Part shown: positions 1 to 7,084 of the stretch, piece after piece
How the letters are laid out: the number at the start of each line of letters is the position of its first letter
How positions within the stretch are numbered: the first letter of the stretch is position 1
Assembly (NCBI GenBank): GCA_030167145.1
Contig: CP126532.1
Span: 2,880,001-2,912,000 of the forward strand
DNA from: Ktedonobacterales bacterium
Lineage (GTDB): Bacteria; Chloroflexota; Ktedonobacteria; Ktedonobacterales; JADMIN01
Direction of reading: 5' to 3'
Length of the DNA stretch: 32,000 nt
Position numbers and translations under genes: made by a program
Notes under the pieces: model-generated
What the model was told of the DNA's origin: nothing
Database searches by the model: none
Seen by the model: the letters and a program-made list of their open reading frames with translations, nothing else

Positions 1-723
1 GTGTATCATCTGCTCGAACGGTTCCTCTCGACGCAGAGCGTGGGCAACCTGCCCAATGTGCAGGTGCGGGCGAACACGCAGCAGCGGCTGCTGCCATGGT
101 TCGGGGCATCCTCCTCAGCCGACCAGCTTGGCAACAGCTATGGGCCGTATGCGGCGCTGCTCTCCGCGAGCAACACGTGGACTATCGTAGACACGGGGCA
201 GGTGACGCTGCCGCCCTATAGCCAGGGGGCGATGACGGACCCGACACAAACGTATCTCGTGCCGCATCCGCAGTGGCAAGATCTGACGGCGGGCGGGGCC
301 ATGTGTAGCGCGAGCTGGTGCGCGCTGCTGCCGATAGATGGGTCGCTCATCGTCGGCGTGGTGAACAATCCGAGCAATGCGGCTTCGGCGCTCTCGAACA
401 CCTGGCTGTGGACGTATTTCGATGGGCTGCTGGTGAACCGGGCGGCAGCGCAAGATGCGCCAGGGTGGCTCTACTCACTCGAAGCGGTAGCGACGCCGAA
501 TGCGGCGCATGCGGGTGGTGGGCCAGGGACACAGGGGACGGGGAATGTGAACGTGAACAGTGGGGCCGATCCGTATCTCATCCTTGACCCGACGAGTGCG
601 CTTCCTCAAACGGGGCAAGCAGGAGTCAATCAACTGGTGGCCTATGTGGCAGATCAGGCGGGTGCGGTGCTGGGATTCGCGGGTGAGGTGAGCTATAGTC
701 CGTTGTACCTGTGGCCTCGGTAG
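1..723 (+). CDS. hypothetical protein, C-terminal part (5' end outside window)
   Basis: Frame is open from the window edge to TAG at 721-723. Gly/Ala/Asn/Gln-rich sequence with no motif I recognise. Product unknown. Confidence 0.5.
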   Translation: MYHLLERFLSTQSVGNLPNVQVRANTQQRLLPWFGASSSADQLGNSYGPYAALLSASNTWTIVDTGQVTLPPYSQGAMTDPTQTYLVPHPQWQDLTAGGAMCSASWCALLPIDGSLIVGVVNNPSNAASALSNTWLWTYFDGLLVNRAAAQDAPGWLYSLEAVATPNAAHAGGGPGTQGTGNVNVNSGADPYLILDPTSALPQTGQAGVNQLVAYVADQAGAVLGFAGEVSYSPLYLWPR

Positions 724-730
724 TGTGAGG

Positions 731-800
731 TAAGCCAAGGTAAGCCAAGGTAAGCCAAGGTAAGCCAAGGTAAGCCAAGGTAAGCCAAGGTAAGCCAAGG
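731..800. repeat. perfect tandem repeat, 7 x 10 bp (TAAGCCAAGG)
   Basis: Read directly: seven identical head-to-tail copies starting 8 nt after the stop of the 1-723 ORF, followed by a partial TAA. The minus-strand ORFs across it (LTLAYLGLPW...) are just repeat translation. Confidence 0.97.
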
Positions 801-1037
801 TAAATGACTGAGGGAGAAGGGAGGACGGAAGATGAGCGAGGGACGGCGAAACCCTGGTGGAGGAGACATATCGAGACATCGCCAGACATGCTCGTACGGT
901 GTTGTGCGCTGTGGTACACTAGCGCCATATCAACGAGACAGTTGCGCTCTGGATCTTCGCGAGGTGACTTGAATTCACCGTGAGACAGCCTCTGGATCAG
1001 CAGTGTGGAGGTCCACGTTCGAGCAGGAGTAAACGTC

Positions 1038-1214
1038 ATGCGCACGACTTATCGCGGCATTCGCGAACTGGTTCGCCTTTTCGCGGTTATCGCTGTCCTG
1101 GCTGTCGGAATTGTTAGCGTGGGGCTTGTGCCGACGCGCCATGCGATGGCCAGCCACGGTGGACCGAACACCCAGTTGGCTATTGAATGCCCCTCGGGCT
1201 TGAGTCACTGCTGA
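1038..1214 (+). CDS. small secreted peptide precursor (58 aa) ending in Cys-x6-Cys-stop; family member C
   Basis: AGGAG lies 8 nt upstream of ATG 1038. The peptide has a basic N-region (MRTTYRGIRELVR), a hydrophobic core (LFAVIAVLAVGIVSVGLV), then P-TRHAMA (A-x-A-like site) and the tail SHGGPNTQLAIECPSGLSHC*. The architecture and C-terminal C-x6-C match the peptides at 22459-22668 and 24253-24510. Confidence 0.5.
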   Translation: MRTTYRGIRELVRLFAVIAVLAVGIVSVGLVPTRHAMASHGGPNTQLAIECPSGLSHC

Positions 1215-1388
1215 GCTACCTCTACCTGCTGGATATTGGGTTCGAGGAGGCGGACTGGCACACGCTGCTCAGCAATCTGAATGCTGTCGCGCCGCCGACT
1301 GGATCTGGCGCCGCCGGGCGGCGAATGCTCGATCCGCGACATTGTGCGCATGTGGGCCACGCCAAGCTGAATGATGAGGCGCCCGCAG

Positions 1389-2480
1389 TCAATCCATAGC
1401 GGCGCTTGCCAGGAGCGCGCGGACCTGCTGATCTACCTCGGCGATGAGTTGCGCGGCCCCAGCGGTTCCGGCGAGATGACCGGCCTGACCGGACCAGAGG
1501 GCGAGATACTCCTGGCGGCCTTGCTGGCTGGCAGCACGGCGGATCTCGCGGGTGAGGGCGTGCTGGATGGGATACGGGAGGATGTCATCCGCAGGCGTGG
1601 CGAGCGCCTGGCTGAGCTGGTTGGGGATGCCGCGCGCCCATTTGCCGGAGATGCCGCGAATCAGCGTGGTGCTATCGTCGCCGCCGCGCAGGATCGCCTC
1701 TTTTTGCGCGGCAGGCGCGCCGCTCTCCGCGCGAGTGAGGAAGGCGGTGCCCATCTGGACGCCCGCCGCGCCAAGGGCGAGCGCGGCCACGACCCCGCGC
1801 CCATCCATGATGCCGCCCGCCGCGATGACTGGCACACTGACGCGGTCTACGATCTGCGGCACGAGCGCGATAGTGCCGATGAGCGCGCTTTCGGCGGGTC
1901 CAAGGAAGGTGGCGCGGTGTCCGCCCGCTTCGCTGCCCTGGGCCACGATCAGGTCCACGTCGGCATCTGCGAGTTGTTGCGCCTCGCGCACCGTAGTCGC
2001 CGTGCCGATCAGCGTCACGCCGCGCTCTTTGAAGCGTTCTAACATGTCGCGGGGCGGGATGCCGAAGACGAAGCTGAAGATGGGCACGCCTTCATCGAGG
2101 ACCACGGCTATCTGGTCGGCAAAGTCTTCCGCGTAGCTCTGCGGGGCAGGCACGTCAGGCGGGAGGCCAACTGCTGCGCGATAGGGGCGCAGGCGCGCGG
2201 CCATGCGCGCAATGGCGGCGGGGTCGGAGGTAGGGGATTCGGGGGCAAAGAGATTGACGGCGAAGGGGCGCTTCGTCTGCGCGCGGATCGCGCGAATGGA
2301 GGCGCGCAGGGCATCAGGCGAGAGATAGCCTGCGCCAAGGCTGCCCAGCCCGCCAGCGTTGGCGACGGCGGTGACGAGTTCGGGGTTCGCCGCCGCGCCC
2401 GCCATCGGCGCCTGAATCAGCGGGTAGGTGATGCCGAGGCGGTCGGTGACCAGCGTGCGGGGCCAGATGAGTTTGCTCAC
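1389..2480 (-). CDS. nitronate monooxygenase (NMO / 2-nitropropane dioxygenase family, FMN-dependent)
   Basis: Motifs YPLIQAPMAGAA, GGLGSLGAG and AQGSEAGGH are typical of the NMO family. GGAGG lies 5 nt upstream of in-frame GTG 2480 (VSKLIWPR...). The longest ORF extends to ATG 2552 without an SD. Confidence 0.85.
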   Translation of the reverse strand: MSKLIWPRTLVTDRLGITYPLIQAPMAGAAANPELVTAVANAGGLGSLGAGYLSPDALRASIRAIRAQTKRPFAVNLFAPESPTSDPAAIARMAARLRPYRAAVGLPPDVPAPQSYAEDFADQIAVVLDEGVPIFSFVFGIPPRDMLERFKERGVTLIGTATTVREAQQLADADVDLIVAQGSEAGGHRATFLGPAESALIGTIALVPQIVDRVSVPVIAAGGIMDGRGVVAALALGAAGVQMGTAFLTRAESGAPAAQKEAILRGGDDSTTLIRGISGKWARGIPNQLSQALATPADDILPYPIQHALTREIRRAASQQGRQEYLALWSGQAGHLAGTAGAAQLIAEVDQQVRALLASAAMD

Positions 2481-2555
2481 CAGATACCTCCTCTCTCTTG
2501 CAGACGGTACGGTGGCGCTGGCAGCGTGGTCAAGAGGTCTGAGCGATGCCATTGG

Positions 2556-3398
2556 TCAGCGCATGGGGAGCGGTCGCCGTCCCCAGCCCGCCATCACGAG
2601 CGCTTCCATCCAGACGAAGTCTGGTTTTTGCATCAGGTCGAGGGTGCGCGCCATCTCATCCGCTGTCAATAGATTCGCGGCGATGATGCTATCGCTCACC
2701 TGTGCGGCGGTCAGGCGCCAGACTTCGGCTTCGGGCGAACCGCCCTGCACCATAAAGACACGGCCCTCCGCGCCAAGATCGGTGAGTCCGGCGGCGCGTA
2801 GCTCGCCATAGAGCCAGCGCCCAGCGTTGGCGTCGCCGCCCGCCTGAAGGCACAGCGTCTGGAAGGCGGTGGTCCAGCGGGAGAAGAGCGCGGCGTCGGC
2901 GGGAGCGGCGGCAGGGTCGGGCAGCCAGGAGGAGGAGTCGGTGCTTTCGATGAGCAGCCAACCGCCGGGGCGCAGTGCGGGGACAAGGCGGCGCAGCGCG
3001 GCGAGACGGTCGGGGAGATGTTCCAGCACGAAGCGGGCGTGGATGAGATGGAAGGTGTCGGGAGGTAGCGGATCGGCGAGCAGGTCATGCCGCTGAACGG
3101 TGAGGTTGGAGTAGGTAGTGGTGAGGGGGGCAAGAAAGCGCGTGTCGAGATCGGTGGCCAGGATATGGCCCGCTGGGCCGATGCGCTCGCAGAGCCAGGC
3201 GGCGATGGAGCCGCCACCAGCGCCGACTTCGAGGCAGCGCCAGCCGGAATCGCGGTCGGGGTGGGTGTCGGGGCTGAGGTCGAGGGCGGCGAAGCGGGCA
3301 TCAAGCTGGCGGATGGTGCCCGGATCGAACCAGCTTTCGAGGCCGGAGAGGCGGCGGCGCTGCTCGTGCCAGGCATTGTCGAGGAGATAGGTGGTCAT
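2556..3398 (-). CDS. class I SAM-dependent methyltransferase
   Basis: Motif I is CLEVGAGGGSIAAWL, followed by an acidic loop (ILATDLD) and HARFVLEHL. The start is uncertain: ATG 3398 (MTTYLLD...) or ATG 3437. Confidence 0.8.
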   Translation of the reverse strand: MTTYLLDNAWHEQRRRLSGLESWFDPGTIRQLDARFAALDLSPDTHPDRDSGWRCLEVGAGGGSIAAWLCERIGPAGHILATDLDTRFLAPLTTTYSNLTVQRHDLLADPLPPDTFHLIHARFVLEHLPDRLAALRRLVPALRPGGWLLIESTDSSSWLPDPAAAPADAALFSRWTTAFQTLCLQAGGDANAGRWLYGELRAAGLTDLGAEGRVFMVQGGSPEAEVWRLTAAQVSDSIIAANLLTADEMARTLDLMQKPDFVWMEALVMAGWGRRPLPMR

Positions 3399-3481
3399 AG
3401 GTGGTGAGACCTCGTGATGTGAGTGCGAGCGCGTCATATCTCTATGCTACATGTGGTCTGCAAGGTAGCTGGAAGAAGCAG

Positions 3482-3937
3482 TCAACGTGCGTTGGATACA
3501 AGGTGGATGAGGGCTTTGCAGTCATGGGCGGCGTCGAGGCAGGTGATGGCGGCGACGATGATGGTGACGGCGCGCGTAGTGCGTGGTAGGTGCGGATAGT
3601 GGCTGAACGTGTTGTAGAGGATGGCGAGCAAGGCGGCGAGCTTGACGATGGTGACGGCACGGAAGCCGAAGCGCGACCAGAGGCCGGACATGAGCGGATT
3701 CGCCTCGTAGGCAGCGCCACCAAAGAAGTGGATGGCGGCGTATGTCGTGCCGATGGCGAGCAGCGATGCGACGATGAAGGCCAGGAGGGCGGCGCGCATG
3801 ATAGGATCGTGCAGAGCGGCGGTGATGCCGCATGTGGGCGCGGGTGTGGTTGGCATGGTGGGAACAGGAGTGGATTTTGTAGCGGTTACGGTTGGAGTGG
3901 AAGTTGGGGCGGGCGCATTGGATGGGCTGGGAGCCAT
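3482..3937 (-). CDS. small membrane protein, DUF5658-like (G-x-x-E-x-NP motif) with Pro/Thr-rich N-terminus
   Basis: AAGGA lies 7 nt upstream of ATG 3937. There are three hydrophobic spans, and FFGGAAYEANPLM resembles the E-x-NP signature I associate with DUF5658. The family call is from memory only. Confidence 0.5.
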   Translation of the reverse strand: MAPSPSNAPAPTSTPTVTATKSTPVPTMPTTPAPTCGITAALHDPIMRAALLAFIVASLLAIGTTYAAIHFFGGAAYEANPLMSGLWSRFGFRAVTIVKLAALLAILYNTFSHYPHLPRTTRAVTIIVAAITCLDAAHDCKALIHLVSNAR

Positions 3938-4066
3938 GGCGGTGTCCTTTCGTGTGGTGAGAGCGCGATTCCTGAACGGCGTGATGCTGTATTCAAGCTC
4001 ACACTGATTACGGGAATAGTATAGAATGTTTGTTCAATAAGTGCAAGGGGGGAGCGAAGGAGCGGC

Positions 4067-4112
4067 CTCGGCCATACATGGCCGGAGCGCAGACGAAGGG
4101 GCATGAATGCCA
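4067..4112. repeat. dispersed intergenic element copy (CTCGGCCATACATGGCCGGAGCGCAG ... CATGAATGCCA)
   Basis: Near-identical to the units at 10743-10845. The core GGCCAT-AC-ATGGCC is palindromic. It lies between two minus-strand membrane-protein genes. Confidence 0.8.
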
Positions 4113-4332
4113 GGGAAATCCCGGACAGGGGATACAACGTATAGCGAGCGGAGTGATGGGGAGTTCTCGGCCTAAAGGCTGCGGCTAATCGCGTGCGGAA
4201 GGTGCGGCGTGGGGCGGACATGTGTGCTGTGCAGAGGAGATGAGCCACCAGTGTTCATGCTGGCAGTTTGCTATATCGCGCGTGTCGCCCAGCGGGGAAT
4301 CGCGCTGTGCGCAGGCCGCTCAGCTTGTGGCG

Positions 4333-4680
4333 TTAGCTTGTCGCTGGCTGACGCTGTGCGCGGGCCATCAGCGCTAGCCCCGCCGCGACGAGCAGGAAGA
4401 CAGCCGGGATGAGCGCCCACCAGCCGATAGCGAAGAAGAAGCCGATGGTGCAGAGGATGAGCAGCACCGCGCCAACCTCTGGCATGACCATGACGAGGAT
4501 GGCGCCAACGCACGCTACGATGGCCACCAACGTCCCAATGAAGAGATGTCCACCGTTGTTGGTGATGCCCGTGATCTGCCCAACGGCGCGCACTGAGGAA
4601 TTGAGGATGTTGATGATGAAGCCGACGACGCCTCCGACAAGCCCGGAGATCAGCGCGAGAACGCGCAGTGTGACTCTCAT
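4333..4680 (-). CDS. small integral membrane protein (115 aa), unknown function
   Basis: AAGGA lies 7 nt upstream of ATG 4680. The protein is almost entirely hydrophobic, with about 4 predicted spans. Confidence 0.6.
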   Translation of the reverse strand: MRVTLRVLALISGLVGGVVGFIINILNSSVRAVGQITGITNNGGHLFIGTLVAIVACVGAILVMVMPEVGAVLLILCTIGFFFAIGWWALIPAVFLLVAAGLALMARAQRQPATS

Positions 4681-4925
4681 GGCCGGTTCCTTCTTGTTGT
4701 GATGTGCGCTTGGCGCGAACCTGGACCGCGTTCTGGCCGCGGATGCCTAGCATAGGGAGCACAGTAGCGGCGTGACATCGTGTTCCATCGTGTCGAAGGC
4801 CGCACCAAGCCTATATGGGAAAACAATATGCGGCAGGGGACGTGCAAGATTAAGACCATGATCGGGTATGCTGGTTCGGGGTAGCGCGCCGTAGCAACAT
4901 GTGGAATGCGCGCATAGACGGGCTG

Positions 4926-4934
4926 TGCTACAAT
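4926..4934 (+). promoter_or_regulatory. candidate extended -10 promoter (TGC-TACAAT) for the TIR gene
   Basis: TGcTACAAT lies about 95 nt upstream of ATG 5030. No good -35 element. Pattern match only. Confidence 0.3.
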
Positions 4935-5029
4935 GCCCGCACGATACCTGCGCAGCGCGCGATACACGTGGAGAGCGAGTGGGCGTGTTGCGCGAGAGCC
5001 ACGAGAGATGCGATGGAGGGTAGCGCCAG

Positions 5030-6346
5030 ATGAGCCAGTTGCGGGTGTTCATCAGCCATGCTAAGGAGAATACGGCGTTTGCCGAGTGGCTGGCCAGCGA
5101 TCTGCGCCGCGCGGGGGCGGATGTGTGGCTCGACGCCAGCCATCTCGTAGGCCCGGGCGACTTTCTCGACAGGATCAACCGGGCGCTCAGCAATCGCGAT
5201 ATCCTCGTTCTCGTGCTCTCGCCCGCCGCGCTCGCGTCCAAATGGGTACCCGACGAGATGCATGCCGCCATCCTGCGCTACAAGGATGGCTTCATGGGTG
5301 CGCCGCTCGTCGTGGTGGCGCAGTCTGTCCCGCTGCAAGACATTCCTCCGCTCTGGGCCGTCTACAATCGCATTGACATCCCCAGGGACTATCGCGGTGA
5401 TTATCAAGCATCTCTGCCAAGTGTATTGAAAGCGCTGAGTCTGAAACTTTCTCTTCCGCAACCGTACAAACCTGCGACACTCACGCCCGCAACGGAGACT
5501 CCTTCGATTCCTGCTCCTTCACCGTCGGCCGCCGCGTCTGCTTCCGCGCCGCAGAGGCAGGCTGCCCCACCAGCATCGTCACCTGCACTGCCGATAGCTC
5601 CTCCTGCTCCCGCGCCGCAGAGGCAGGCAACCCCAGCACCTCGTCCGAATCCTACTTCTGCGCCCTCGCCCGCCCCGCAGGTGGCTCCGTCACCGTGGGC
5701 CTCTGCGCAACCGGCGCGGAGAGATTTGCCACTCAAACGCTCTGCTTCTGTGCCGGTCCCTGCCGGGCCGGTGGTGTCGCGGCGCAAATTGTTGATAACG
5801 ACCGGAGCCGTAGCGGCGAGCTTGACAACCGCTGGGGGAGTGGCGTTGTGGATTCACTCCCGCAGTTCTGGCCAGCAGCATTGGCGTGTCAAGACAGGTG
5901 GACCTGTGATTTCCTCGCCAGTGGTGGCGAACAACGTAGTCTATGTCGGTTCGGAAGATGGCTCCCTCTACGCGGTGGATGCGAGTGCGGGCAAGCCGCG
6001 CTGGCGCTTCCCGACCGGCAATAAGGTGGTGTCCTCGCCAGTGGTGGCGAACGGCGTGGTGTATGTCGGCTCAGGTGACGATTATCTCTACGCGGTGGAT
6101 GCGAGTGCGGGCACGCTACGCTGGAGGTTCCCGACGGGTGGCGAGGTGGATTCGTCACCAACAGTGGCGGACGGAGTGGTCTATGTCGGCTCAAGAGACT
6201 ACTCCCTCTACGCGGTGGACGCGAGTGCGGGCACGCAACGCTGGAACTTTCAAACGGTCGGACCTGTGCTCTCGAAACCTGTGGTGGCGAACGGAGTGGT
6301 GTATGTCGGCTCAGATGATGGCTACCTCTATGCGGTGAATGTCTGA
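5030..6346 (+). CDS. TIR domain / Pro-rich linker / single TM / 4-blade PQQ-like beta-propeller fusion protein
   Basis: GGAGGG lies 9 nt upstream of the ATG. The N-terminus (VFISHAKENTAFAEWLASDL...ILVLVLSPAALASKWVPDEM) shows a TIR pattern including the S-x-W-x-x-x-E glutamate (E76). Residues ~140-250 are Pro/Ala/Ser-rich with APQRQA twice. SRRKLLITTGAVAASLTTAGGVALWI is a hydrophobic span. Four 40-aa repeats follow (VVANxVVYVGSxDxxLYAVDASAGxxRWxF). Confidence 0.85.
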   Translation: MSQLRVFISHAKENTAFAEWLASDLRRAGADVWLDASHLVGPGDFLDRINRALSNRDILVLVLSPAALASKWVPDEMHAAILRYKDGFMGAPLVVVAQSVPLQDIPPLWAVYNRIDIPRDYRGDYQASLPSVLKALSLKLSLPQPYKPATLTPATETPSIPAPSPSAAASASAPQRQAAPPASSPALPIAPPAPAPQRQATPAPRPNPTSAPSPAPQVAPSPWASAQPARRDLPLKRSASVPVPAGPVVSRRKLLITTGAVAASLTTAGGVALWIHSRSSGQQHWRVKTGGPVISSPVVANNVVYVGSEDGSLYAVDASAGKPRWRFPTGNKVVSSPVVANGVVYVGSGDDYLYAVDASAGTLRWRFPTGGEVDSSPTVADGVVYVGSRDYSLYAVDASAGTQRWNFQTVGPVLSKPVVANGVVYVGSDDGYLYAVNV

Positions 6347-6426
6347 GCGCCATTCGCCACGTATGCGCTGCGGGTCGTCGTTCCACCGTTGGCGAGAGAT
6401 TGAGAGCGCGAAGGATGGCCGGAGGA

Positions 6427-6445
6427 GGGCGCACGCCGTGCGCCC
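6427..6445. terminator. GC hairpin between convergent genes (GGGCGCAC-gcc-GTGCGCCC)
   Basis: Perfect 8-bp stem with a 3-nt loop, 80 nt after the TIR-PQQ stop and 60 nt after the toxin gene end. No U-tract on either strand. Confidence 0.35.
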
Positions 6446-6506
6446 CTACGGGTGGCAGGTGGCTAGCGGATGTGCTGGCGCGGGATTGGGATGAAGACGG
6501 TGTGGA

Positions 6507-6782
6507 CTACAGGCGAGGGGCAAGTTTGTTGTAGTCCTCGTGGGTGCCGATCCAAAACCAGGTGACGGTGTCGCCGTCCAAAATGCCGATTGCACGGTAG
6601 TGCTCGCCTGCGCGAGCCGAATAGATCGAAGGATCACGTTTGCCTATCGGCTTGAATTGCAAGCTCGGATGTCGTGGGTTCTGCTTGAACAATTGATAAT
6701 CAGCGCGGGCCTGGCGTTGCGCTCGTTTGGGCAGCGCATCAAAGAGCGTCCGAAAACGTTTAGTGCGCTGTGAATGGAACAT
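6507..6782 (-). CDS. type II toxin, RelE/ParE superfamily
   Basis: 91 aa. YRAIGILDGDTVTWFWIGTHEDYNKL is the typical C-terminal pattern of RelE/ParE-fold toxins. The ATG overlaps the upstream antitoxin stop (TAATG). Confidence 0.75.
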   Translation of the reverse strand: MFHSQRTKRFRTLFDALPKRAQRQARADYQLFKQNPRHPSLQFKPIGKRDPSIYSARAGEHYRAIGILDGDTVTWFWIGTHEDYNKLAPRL

Positions 6783-7000
6783 TATTCCCAGCCGCCGTCT
6801 TCCACGTCGCCAAGCGCAATGTCGGCGCGGGCTTCGGCGGCGAGGCGTTCGAGGGTCTCCTGGCCCTGGGGGCTGCTAACAATGGCATCCCACTCTTGCT
6901 CATCCAGCCACGCCTCGATTTGCGCGGCCAGGTGACGTTGCGCGTCTTCGGAAAGCTGCTGCTGCGCCTGCTCAAATACCTGGCGCAATTCGTCTACCAT
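6782..7000 (-). CDS. cognate antitoxin (72 aa, acidic, helical), family not recognised
   Basis: GGGGAG lies about 9 nt upstream of ATG 7000 (MVDELRQVFEQAQ...). The stop overlaps the toxin start by 1 nt. Position and size fit an antitoxin. The longest ORF to 7078 lacks an SD. Confidence 0.6.
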   Translation of the reverse strand: MVDELRQVFEQAQQQLSEDAQRHLAAQIEAWLDEQEWDAIVSSPQGQETLERLAAEARADIALGDVEDGGWE

Positions 7001-7084
7001 TGCATGATCTCCCCAGGTTGTACGCGCCTCACCGCACGATACATATATGCCCGTCTCCTTCACCCATGAGTATAGCATACTGGA

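Noticed and set aside
475-1045. Minus-strand ORFs translating to LTLAYLGLPWLTLAYLGLPW...
   Set aside because: The periodic peptide is simply the 10-bp tandem repeat read through in rotating frames. There is no start context.
1187-1399. 70-aa ORF overlapping the ends of peptide C and the monooxygenase
   Set aside because: It has no SD and overlaps two better-supported genes. The first half looks protein-like (LLSYLYLLDIGFEEADWHTLLSNL), so it could be a gene remnant, but I cannot support that.
1371-2136. Plus-strand ORFs of 223 and 194 aa antisense to the nitronate monooxygenase gene
   Set aside because: They have no SD and low-complexity Ala/Arg/Gly content. The opposite strand has clear family motifs.
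4747-5881. Several minus-strand ORFs (174, 177, 127 and 63 aa) overlapping the TIR gene
   Set aside because: They are antisense to a gene with clear domain structure. They are low-complexity and lack an SD.
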